A stretch of 64,000 nt of DNA from the NCBI GenBank assembly GCA_038063895.1, contig JBBTUG010000012.1:14165-78164 (forward strand), in the 5' to 3' direction. The notes beneath the pieces are model-generated. The model was not told the DNA's origin, ran no database searches, and saw only the letters and a program-made list of their open reading frames with translations. The translations under genes were made by a program, and so were the position numbers. The stretch comes from Patescibacteria group bacterium (GTDB taxonomy: Bacteria; Patescibacteriota; WWE3; JAMCXX01; JBBTUG01). This document shows positions 56,430 through 64,000 of this stretch, piece by piece. Each line of letters opens with the position of its first letter. The stretch's first letter is position 1.

Positions 56430-56538
56430 ATGTTACTAATTTACCGCTATTATACACTAAAATCAGAAACCCCCATGTGAAAGTTGAATAGAAATACTCG
56501 ATTTGCATCCGCTAATATTTAAGTCCAATATATATTTG

Positions 56539-56964
56539 ATGAGGAAAAAAGTGTTCTTAGCTCTATCCGTTGTATTCTGCCTGGTTCTGACCGTCAGCGG
56601 TTTTCTCCTCTGGCGGGGCGGTCTGTCTTTATCCCCGATTGACAGCAAGACTGAGGCCGGACAGTCTTTGGGGGCGCAAAGTAGCGCTAAAGACAGACTC
56701 CCGGCAGATATCCCTCTCTACCCCGCCGCTCTCGTGACCAGTCTTAACGAAACGCTCGAATCAATCCAAGTGGTTTGGGAAACAGGAGACACGGCCGACC
56801 GGCTAGAAAAATTTTACCGAAATGAAATGGCTAAAAACGGCTGGCAACGAAGTGGAACTCTTGTTTTTTATAAAGACAAGGGGCGGCAAGTGGAGATAAA
56901 AATTATCTCGGAAACGGCCGGAAGAACCTATTTCAGTCTGGATCTGTCCCAACCTAAACCTTAA
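56539..56964 (+). CDS. hypothetical membrane-anchored protein
   Basis: The start MRKKVFLALSVVFCLVLTV is an N-terminal TM segment. The ORF-track upstream extension is probably not used. Confidence 0.4.
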   Translation: MRKKVFLALSVVFCLVLTVSGFLLWRGGLSLSPIDSKTEAGQSLGAQSSAKDRLPADIPLYPAALVTSLNETLESIQVVWETGDTADRLEKFYRNEMAKNGWQRSGTLVFYKDKGRQVEIKIISETAGRTYFSLDLSQPKP

Positions 56965-58733
56965 ACTTTCTTCCCGACAAGAAAAACCGCCCGCCAGGCC
57001 TGATAGTGACTTTGGAAAGTGTCATTCTGGAGAACCTCGCCACCCCGCCGGACCGTCCGGTAAAAAACCGCATCCGCTCCCCATGCCGACCAGTCAACTT
57101 GGACGGTTTGCCCCGAAGCTACAGAGGCATCTTCTTGATATAAAGGCGCCGGTGGGGCAACTTCCCGGCTGATAAAAGGCCCTTTTATCGCCACCTGCCG
57201 ACCGTCGTTAGTTCCGTAAAACCGGAAGTATAAATCCTCCCCGACAATTTCATTTGTCACTAAAAGATAATTTTTAGTGTCGTTCCGGAACTGAAAATCC
57301 ACGGACGGACCGTAAACCGTCGCATCAAAACCGACAGGGGGTTCGTAGTAGTGAACCCGGTAAGCATGCGCGGTGCGTTTCACGATCGGTAGACCGGCAT
57401 TTAGAGCCGCGCGAAAAATAGTCGACGAGACCTGACACAGTCCTCCGCCGGTCCCCAGCACCGTCCGCCCTTCACTAATAATGTAGGCTTCATCGTAGCC
57501 GGCTGCCGCTGTGACCTCACCCACCGCGTTATTGAACGAAAAAATATCGCCGGGCGGAACCAAAATCCCGTTGATTCTTGAGGAAGCCAGCGTCAGGTTG
57601 TGGATCCGGCCGGGAATTGAACCGGCAAAATTCGTCTTGCCTTCTCCCAACAGATCCGTAATCCCGTATGAATTGGTGGTCTTCGGGGCGGGCAATTCGC
57701 GAAGCGGCAAAGCAACAACGGCGGACGGGGAAGCCTGCAGCAGCGCCCGGGAAATAAGAGTGGCTCCCTCAAAGCGGTCGACTTCGTAGCCAGTGCGTTG
57801 CGGTACAAATTTTACGACCCGCGCTCCGGAGACCTCAATAATCTGCCCGCGGGGAGAAATATTCAGCTGGCTACTGAAGTCGGCCACCAGCTGGGAAACT
57901 TTCTCCCGATCAACCCGCAGCGCCATCCAGCCCTCGGAGTTCTTTTCAAAATTAATCAGCGCCAAAACCGACTCGGGGGTTAACGGCCAACGTTGTCCCA
58001 AACCCGACACCGTCGGCGGGTTAGTCAGGATCATCTCCAGTTCCGGTTTTACCGTCTCTAGGTCTGTTGCTGAAATTGCCGGGGTAACGAGCTCCAGCCG
58101 CAAGTCTTTGGATAGTTCTAACTCATTAATCATCTGCCGGATTACTCCCCCAACATAACCCGCATCAACGATAACCCCGGTCCGGGAAGGGTTGATTGTT
58201 AACTTGCCCCCGGCAAGGGAAAAAGCAGCATTCTTCGGAGGTTCGTTCCAGTCTTTACCCACCACCGCCACAAATCCGTTCAGCTTCTCCTCATCAATCT
58301 GATATTCCAACGGAACCGTTTTTCCGGTTCTTAAAGCCTGAATTTCATTTTTAAGATCCTCCGGTAAAGACCCGCTCCGCCCGACAAGATAGGCCTTTTC
58401 CACGGTCGAGGCAACATCAAACGAAACCCCTAACTGCGAAAACGGGAGGTCGTAGCGGACTACTTTCTCGCCGCCGCTGGTGGCCTCGCGTAAACTTAAA
58501 ACCAACTTCTGTCCGGTTAAAAGACTTACTTTTTCCTCCAAAATCTTCTGGGCATCCGCAACACTACGGCCGCTCAGGTTAATTTTTCCGGCGACGTTAA
58601 CCCCCGGAATAATATTCCGGGAATAAAGGAGGTGGAAACTAAAAAAGAAAAGAGAAAAAACGAAAAAACTGATTAAGATAAAATAAAAAACAATATTGGA
58701 AAACAATCCGAGGAATGCCTTAGCTTTGGTCAT
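56961..58733 (-). CDS. VanW-family protein
   Basis: The product has the VanW hallmark GGGLCQVSSTIFRAALNAGLP and an N-terminal TM segment. Confidence 0.75.
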   Translation of the reverse strand: MTKAKAFLGLFSNIVFYFILISFFVFSLFFFSFHLLYSRNIIPGVNVAGKINLSGRSVADAQKILEEKVSLLTGQKLVLSLREATSGGEKVVRYDLPFSQLGVSFDVASTVEKAYLVGRSGSLPEDLKNEIQALRTGKTVPLEYQIDEEKLNGFVAVVGKDWNEPPKNAAFSLAGGKLTINPSRTGVIVDAGYVGGVIRQMINELELSKDLRLELVTPAISATDLETVKPELEMILTNPPTVSGLGQRWPLTPESVLALINFEKNSEGWMALRVDREKVSQLVADFSSQLNISPRGQIIEVSGARVVKFVPQRTGYEVDRFEGATLISRALLQASPSAVVALPLRELPAPKTTNSYGITDLLGEGKTNFAGSIPGRIHNLTLASSRINGILVPPGDIFSFNNAVGEVTAAAGYDEAYIISEGRTVLGTGGGLCQVSSTIFRAALNAGLPIVKRTAHAYRVHYYEPPVGFDATVYGPSVDFQFRNDTKNYLLVTNEIVGEDLYFRFYGTNDGRQVAIKGPFISREVAPPAPLYQEDASVASGQTVQVDWSAWGADAVFYRTVRRGGEVLQNDTFQSHYQAWRAVFLVGKKV

Positions 58734-59307
58734 TTGCGTAATCTGTTCGGCCGATCTCCGGCAGTGAAGGGCGGCGGCCGGTTCGTGTCCTTTTTAAGGA
58801 TTTTATCAGATAACGGGAAAGTTCCCCGTCAATATCGGTAAACTCATCCGTCTGTTCGCGCAGCCGTCCGGAGGTGGTCCGGCCAAAAGCGATCACTTCC
58901 GTCCTGACCCCATGGCTGCGGACGTAGTCGAGCAGTTCCGAATAATCCCCGTCGCCGGAAACCAAAACCAAAGCATCAATCTTCGCAAGCAGAGTCACCG
59001 CATCCATACACAACCCGACGTCCCAGTCGCCCTTTTTCATTCCCCCGGGAAATATCTGCAAATCCTTGGCCTTAACCTCAAAACCCTGCTTCTCCAGCGC
59101 ATCGAAAAAATTCTTTTCCGATTCGATATCCGCCCGGATAACGTAAGCAAACGCCCGGATAAGCTGGCGCCCCGCGACGGCCGTTTTTAAAATCTCTTCA
59201 AAGTTAACAAAGCTTTGGTGCAGGTTTTTGGCTGAGTAGTACATATTCGCCACATCAACAAAAACCCCCACCCGCTGGAAATGATGTTTCACCGCTTTCA
59301 TATTCAC
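58720..59307 (-). CDS. NYN-domain (LabA-like) predicted RNase
   Basis: The product reads VFVDVANMYYS ... LVSGDGDY. Confidence 0.75.
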   Translation of the reverse strand: MNMKAVKHHFQRVGVFVDVANMYYSAKNLHQSFVNFEEILKTAVAGRQLIRAFAYVIRADIESEKNFFDALEKQGFEVKAKDLQIFPGGMKKGDWDVGLCMDAVTLLAKIDALVLVSGDGDYSELLDYVRSHGVRTEVIAFGRTTSGRLREQTDEFTDIDGELSRYLIKSLKRTRTGRRPSLPEIGRTDYANDQS

Positions 59308-59425
59308 TCTATTATTTCACACCCCGACATACTTTAGCAAAAAACACGACCCCGCCTTCCGGCGGGGGTCGGTCAGGCTTTTCCCGGAAAGCTTGAAAAC
59401 CGATCTCGTTTAAAAAGCGGCAGTA

Positions 59426-59698
59426 CTATTTGACCGCTTGTTTAAGACCGTGTCCGGCACGGAAAGCCGGGGTCTTGCTGGCCGGAATGTGGAGAGGCGC
59501 TCCGGTTTGCGGGTTGCGGCCCATTCTGGCGGCGCGCTGGCGAACCTCGAAGGTTCCAAAACCCGTAATCGTTACTTTCTCACCCCGGGCTAGCGCGTCG
59601 GAAATAGCGTCGATCATCGCGTTAACAGCCCGGTCGGCGTCAGCTTTGGTCAAACCAACTTTACTGGCTAAGGCTTCAATAAGATCCTGTTTAGTCAC
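59426..59698 (-). CDS. hup: DNA-binding protein HU
   Basis: The product reads [11 protein letters not shown]...[23 protein letters not shown]. Confidence 0.9.
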   Translation of the reverse strand: MTKQDLIEALASKVGLTKADADRAVNAMIDAISDALARGEKVTITGFGTFEVRQRAARMGRNPQTGAPLHIPASKTPAFRAGHGLKQAVK

Positions 59699-59755
59699 TT
59701 ATTTTCACCCCCCTTCAATATCGTAAATATTTTTAAGGCAAAGAATTTAGATCGT

Positions 59756-60544
59756 TTAAGATAAAACATAGTCGAGCCTAACTATACTTTGCGCCTTATT
59801 TCCGGAACCGGCTTCCACGAGCACACTTTGGAAAACGGCCGGTCCGGTCTCCACCCACTCAAAACGCTGGGGCAAAGGCGAGAGCATCCGATGAATAATA
59901 ATTTCCTTCTTAACCCCTAAAACTGAATCGCGGGGTCCCGTCATTCCTACGTCGGTAACATAAGCTGTTCCTTCAGGAAGTAGGCGGGTATCGGCAGTCG
60001 GCACGTGGGTATGCGTTCCCAGCACGGCGCTGACCCTCCCGTCGGCATAAAACCCCAACGCCAGTTTTTCAGCGGTTGCTTCGGCATGAAAATCAACAAC
60101 CGACACCGTATAATCGCCGGCGGTTTCCTCAAGAACCCGATCAAGAGAGCGAAGGGGACTGTCAACCGGTTGCTCAATAAAGTCGCGTCCTTGAAGATTA
60201 ATTAAAAGGAGCTTGCCGCTTTTACCCAGATCCACGACCGCATATCCCTTGCCGGGGGTATCCTGCGGATAATTTTCCGGGCGTAATAAAGGAACGGTGC
60301 CATTTTGCAGGTCGTCAATAATGTCCGCCTGCCAAAATACGTGATTACCGCCTGTTAAATAGTCTACACCGGCCGCTAAAACCTCGTCAATCGTGGCGCG
60401 GGTGACTCCCCGGCCGTGGGCCAGATTTTCGCCGTTGGCTATTATCACATCCGGACCGTACTTCTTTTTCAGTTCGGGCAGTACCTTAGCCACTGTCTGC
60501 CGGCCAAGTTTCCCGACAATGTCGCCGATAAAAAGTATTTTCAT
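59756..60544 (-). CDS. ymdB: YmdB-like 2',3'-cyclic-nucleotide phosphodiesterase (metallophosphoesterase)
   Basis: The start is MKILFIGDIVG, followed by GNH. The gene is the operon partner immediately downstream of rny. Confidence 0.8.
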   Translation of the reverse strand: MKILFIGDIVGKLGRQTVAKVLPELKKKYGPDVIIANGENLAHGRGVTRATIDEVLAAGVDYLTGGNHVFWQADIIDDLQNGTVPLLRPENYPQDTPGKGYAVVDLGKSGKLLLINLQGRDFIEQPVDSPLRSLDRVLEETAGDYTVSVVDFHAEATAEKLALGFYADGRVSAVLGTHTHVPTADTRLLPEGTAYVTDVGMTGPRDSVLGVKKEIIIHRMLSPLPQRFEWVETGPAVFQSVLVEAGSGNKAQSIVRLDYVLS

Positions 60545-61980
60545 TTCGCCAGCTCAACTGAGCGCAGCTCTTTAATAACCGTCACTTCGATTTGCCCCGG
60601 ATAAACCTGCTCTTTTTCGATCCGGTCGGCGATTTTGCGGGAAAGAACAGCCACCGAAGCGTCGTCCGTTTTATCGCTTTTAACAATTACTCGGAGATTC
60701 CGGCCAGCGGCTAAAGCGAAAGCTTCTTTCACTTCTTCGAAAGACAAAGCAGTTTCCTCAAGCGCCTTCATCCGGTGTAAGTATTCTTCGTAATCCTCGA
60801 ACCGGGCCCCGGGGCGGGAACCGGAAACCGCGTCGGCGATCTGGACGATCACTGCCTCTAAGCTGTTAAACGGCTCCTCCGCGTGGTGGGCAGCGGCGGC
60901 GTTAATTGTCTTCTCGGGGAAATTAAATTTTTCCATTATCTGCCGGGTTAACAGGGCGTGGGTCCCTTCAACCTCGGACGTTTTAACTTTACCGATATCG
61001 TGCAGTAAAGCCGCTGTTTTTACCACTTCCACGTCGGCGCCTAGCTCACTTGCTAAGAGCTTGGCAATTGTCATCACTTCAAGAGAATGGGAAATTAAGT
61101 TTTGGCCGTAAGAGGTCCGGAATTTATAACGGCCGAGGAGAGAGAGTAACTCATCCGGTAAGCCGTGGATACCGGCTTCGTAGGCTACGTGTTCACCAGT
61201 GGTCTTCAGGTCCTTTTCCAGATTTTCTTTGGCTTTTTCGACTTCTTCTTCAATCCGGTTTGGCTGGATCCGGCCGTCCGCGATCAGCCGCTCCAGCGCC
61301 AGCCTGGCTACCTCCCGCCTTAGACCGTCAAAAGAGGAAAGACGGACCTCATCCGGCGCCTCATCCAAATCGATGGTTACTCCGGTTGAGCGCTCCAATG
61401 ATTGAATATTCCGACCTTTAAACCCGATAATCCGGCCTTTAAAGTCGGCATCCGGCAGCTTCACCCGGGTGGTGGTAAATTCCGGAACGTAATTAACGGC
61501 CACGCGTTGGATACTGCTAATCAGAATATCTTTCGCTCTCTGTTCCGATTCTTCCTTTGCCTTCTCCACCGAGTTCTTAATCAGCCGGGCGGACTCAGCC
61601 AGGAGTTCCTTTTCCAAACCGGTAAGAATCTCTTTCTTGGCTTCCTCTTTTGATAGCGAGGCGGTTTTTTCCAGCTTTTCCAGCAGGGAAAGGCGCAGCC
61701 CTTCCAAATCTTTAAGTTGTCGGTTGATAGTCTCTTCCGAAGCTTTCAGGGCATCTTCCCGGCCATCCAAACGGGAAACCTGGCCCTCTAACTGAGCGGC
61801 GCGGTGCTCAACACTTCTTTCCCGCTCGATTAACTGCTCCCTGATTTTTCCCGCTTCCGCCTCGGCCTTGGTCACAATCTCTAAAGCCGTCGTTTTTGCT
61901 TCAACGATAAGGCTACGGGCCTCAACCTCGGCTGAAGATAAGCTAGTTGATTTGTTCTCCGTGTCGTTTAATGAATCCAT
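60541..61980 (-). CDS. rny: ribonuclease Y
   Basis: The product has a coiled coil, a KH domain (GRIIGFKGRNIQ) and an HD domain (HSLEVM...LLHDIGK). Confidence 0.9.
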   Translation of the reverse strand: MDSLNDTENKSTSLSSAEVEARSLIVEAKTTALEIVTKAEAEAGKIREQLIERERSVEHRAAQLEGQVSRLDGREDALKASEETINRQLKDLEGLRLSLLEKLEKTASLSKEEAKKEILTGLEKELLAESARLIKNSVEKAKEESEQRAKDILISSIQRVAVNYVPEFTTTRVKLPDADFKGRIIGFKGRNIQSLERSTGVTIDLDEAPDEVRLSSFDGLRREVARLALERLIADGRIQPNRIEEEVEKAKENLEKDLKTTGEHVAYEAGIHGLPDELLSLLGRYKFRTSYGQNLISHSLEVMTIAKLLASELGADVEVVKTAALLHDIGKVKTSEVEGTHALLTRQIMEKFNFPEKTINAAAAHHAEEPFNSLEAVIVQIADAVSGSRPGARFEDYEEYLHRMKALEETALSFEEVKEAFALAAGRNLRVIVKSDKTDDASVAVLSRKIADRIEKEQVYPGQIEVTVIKELRSVELAK

Positions 61981-62028
61981 ATGGATTTATCTGAAACCGA
62001 TTAAGTCTAGGTGTTTTTTGGCGTTCTG

Positions 62029-62715
62029 TCAACCTAAATCAGATGGGCTTTGGAGGTCTGCGAAAACCTGCTTAATTACTTCCCGGGCGATGACGGCGGA
62101 AAAGCCATGCCCAAGCAGGTATCGGGTAATTTTAAATTTTCCTTCCCGGACCGGAAGCTTTGTGTAGGCAGGCAACTTCCTTCGGACGGCTTTTAAGGCC
62201 AAATCAAACTCATTAGCGCCGGAAGACGCTAAAACCTCGTCGATGATTTCCCGACTTATGCCCTTTTGAGTTAGTTCAAGCTTAATCCGCCACTTGCCTT
62301 GTGGCCGGCCGGAATTTTGCCGCTGCTCCAGCCACCACACGGCAAACGAGCGGTCATCAAGCAGTCGGAGCCGACTCAGACGCACTAGGATATTTTCGAT
62401 GATTAAACCTACTTCCTCCTCCGATTCTGATTTCTTTTTCCGGAAATAATAATTCTTAATATGCGTCCGGATTTCCCGCTCCGACCTTGGCCGGAATTCC
62501 AAAAAATGCAGAACGTTTTCGAGAACCTTCCCTTCGTCATTAACTTTCTTCAGCCGAGAAATGTCGTCTTCCGTAATCACCTGACCGGTTTTCAGGCCGC
62601 TTTTATAAAGGTCTTCTTCGTTCAATCCGAAAGCGAAACGGCCATCAATAAAAATATTCAATCGGCCGGGTTTTTTCTGGGGGGTAATAGCAGTAACTTC
62701 AGGCATAATATTCAA
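62029..62715 (-). CDS. recX: regulatory protein RecX
   Basis: The product has the three-helix-repeat RecX pattern (LEFRPRSEREIRTHI...) and lies downstream of recA. The probable start is MPEVTA at 62706. Confidence 0.8.
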   Translation of the reverse strand: MNIMPEVTAITPQKKPGRLNIFIDGRFAFGLNEEDLYKSGLKTGQVITEDDISRLKKVNDEGKVLENVLHFLEFRPRSEREIRTHIKNYYFRKKKSESEEEVGLIIENILVRLSRLRLLDDRSFAVWWLEQRQNSGRPQGKWRIKLELTQKGISREIIDEVLASSGANEFDLALKAVRRKLPAYTKLPVREGKFKITRYLLGHGFSAVIAREVIKQVFADLQSPSDLG

Positions 62716-62786
62716 CTTCCCTAAAGTGTATTTAACTATTAGTGGTTAATTCGTGGAGAGAATTCGTGGCTTTATTTCCGATTATA

Positions 62787-63833
62787 CTACTCTTCCTCAA
62801 CGCCTACAGCCAGCGGAGCGGAACCGGTTGTCTTAACCAGCTCTCTGATTTTTTTCTCAATCTCCGAAGCTATTTTAGGATTTGCTCTTAGATAGGCCTT
62901 TGCCGCTTCCCTGCCCTGGCCAATCTTTTCCCCGCCGTATTCGAACCAGGCGCCGGATTTCTTAACCAGGTCCATCTCAGTTCCGACGTCAACCAGGCTG
63001 GATTCTTTCGAAATACCTTCGTTAAACATAATGTCGAACTCGGCCACCCGGAAAGGCGGGGCGACCTTATTCTTCACAACCTTGACGCGGACGTGATTGC
63101 CGGTAACAACATCCCCGTCTTTAATAGATTCAACCCGGCGGATATCCAAACGGACGGAAGCATAAAACTTAAGGGCCTGGCCGCCGGTGGTGGTTTCGGG
63201 ATTCCCAAACATCACGCCGATTTTCATCCGGATCTGATTGGTAAAAATAACCGTCGTATTGGATTTAGAAATTGCGCCGGCCAGCTTCCGCATCGCCTGG
63301 GACATAAGGCGGGCCTGCAGACCCATATGCGAGTCGCCCATCTCGCCTTCAATCTCCACTCTCGGGACTAAAGCCGCGACACTGTCAATGACGACGATGT
63401 CAACCGCTCCGGAACGGATCAGTGTTTCGGCGATCTCCAAAGCCTGCTCACCGTTGTCAGGTTGGGAGATAAGAAGATCCTCCGTTTTCACCCCGATTTT
63501 TTCGGCGTAAACCGGATCGAGCGCGTGTTCGGCGTCAATAAAAGCAGCCGTTCCGCCTTTCTTTTGGGTTTCCGCGATAATGTGAAGCAGGAGGGTAGTT
63601 TTCCCGGAGGATTCGGGACCGAATATTTCAATAATCCGGCCGCGGGGGATTCCACCGATGCCGAGAGCTAAATCAAGCGCTAAAGAGCCGGTGGGGATAA
63701 CGTCAACGTCAACCCTAGTCCGTTCCCCGAGCATCATAATGGCCCCCTTGCCGAAGTTTTTTTCGATGGTTTCCCGAGCCGTTTTCAACGCTTCGATTTT
63801 ACCTTTGTTTTCTTTACTTTCTTTCTCCGCCAT
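62787..63833 (-). CDS. recA: recombinase RecA
   Basis: The product has Walker [10 protein letters not shown] and L1/L2 loops ([21 protein letters not shown]). Confidence 0.95.
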   Translation of the reverse strand: MAEKESKENKGKIEALKTARETIEKNFGKGAIMMLGERTRVDVDVIPTGSLALDLALGIGGIPRGRIIEIFGPESSGKTTLLLHIIAETQKKGGTAAFIDAEHALDPVYAEKIGVKTEDLLISQPDNGEQALEIAETLIRSGAVDIVVIDSVAALVPRVEIEGEMGDSHMGLQARLMSQAMRKLAGAISKSNTTVIFTNQIRMKIGVMFGNPETTTGGQALKFYASVRLDIRRVESIKDGDVVTGNHVRVKVVKNKVAPPFRVAEFDIMFNEGISKESSLVDVGTEMDLVKKSGAWFEYGGEKIGQGREAAKAYLRANPKIASEIEKKIRELVKTTGSAPLAVGVEEE

Positions 63834-64000
63834 ATTTAATTACAACAACAATATTACACACTTTTGTTCAACTGTCTACAATTAAGAACTTACCAAAAAT
63901 AAACCGAATTTGCAATACCCATACGGACAGTTAGAAAATAGACTTAGAAATGTTATAAGAATGCAAAGCACGAAGTAAGTTTTTCCTTTGGAAAAAGGTC

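Noticed and set aside
63834-64000. LexA/SOS box upstream of recA
   Set aside because: Only half-site-like fragments are present (GTTC, CTGT). No full palindrome of either the Cheo type or the CTGT-N8-ACAG type was found.
1-64000. CRISPR arrays, rRNA genes, transposases/IS elements, integrases
   Set aside because: No regularly spaced direct repeats, rRNA signatures or transposase/integrase-like ORFs were seen on either strand.

Overview
This 64 kb window is a dense bacterial chromosomal segment, mostly minus-strand housekeeping genes with short intergenic spacers. The recA-recX and rny-ymdB pairs, HU, GreA, TypA, LysRS, GluRS, an AsnRS/AspRS-type ligase, a DEAD-box helicase, an ADP-forming acetyl-CoA synthetase and many small hypothetical proteins are compatible with a small-genome Gram-positive-like or candidate-phyla lineage. 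That lineage is a guess. I recognised about 75 CDSs, two tRNAs (Gln-CUG at 31873-31947 and Glu-CUC at 56355-56429, both minus) and several intrinsic terminators and promoters. I also saw two type II TA modules (hicBA and relBE-like), a free-standing LAGLIDADG homing endonuclease next to tRNA-Gln, and a copper/thiol-redox cluster (CsoR, DUF1573, CcdA, thioredoxin, a Cys-motif protein, CopB with a CPH motif). The most notable observation is a well-formed T-box riboswitch leader (T-box sequence AATCAGGGTGGTACCGCGG, terminator, SD, ATG) that controls a GC-rich gene resembling a glutathionylspermidine-synthetase-family ATP-grasp amide ligase rather than an aaRS. The specifier and discriminator read-out of that leader points to tRNA-Arg. 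Other anomalies are an in-frame TGA splitting the Asn/Asp-tRNA ligase gene, an EamA-like gene interrupted by two compensating homopolymer frameshifts, a long structured leader in front of a Cys-rich small ORF, tandem GreA paralogs with a leader hairpin, and a degenerate duplicate of the tRNA-Gln 3' end. I found no CRISPR array, rRNA or transposase. Coordinates taken from my own reading may be off by 1-2 nt.
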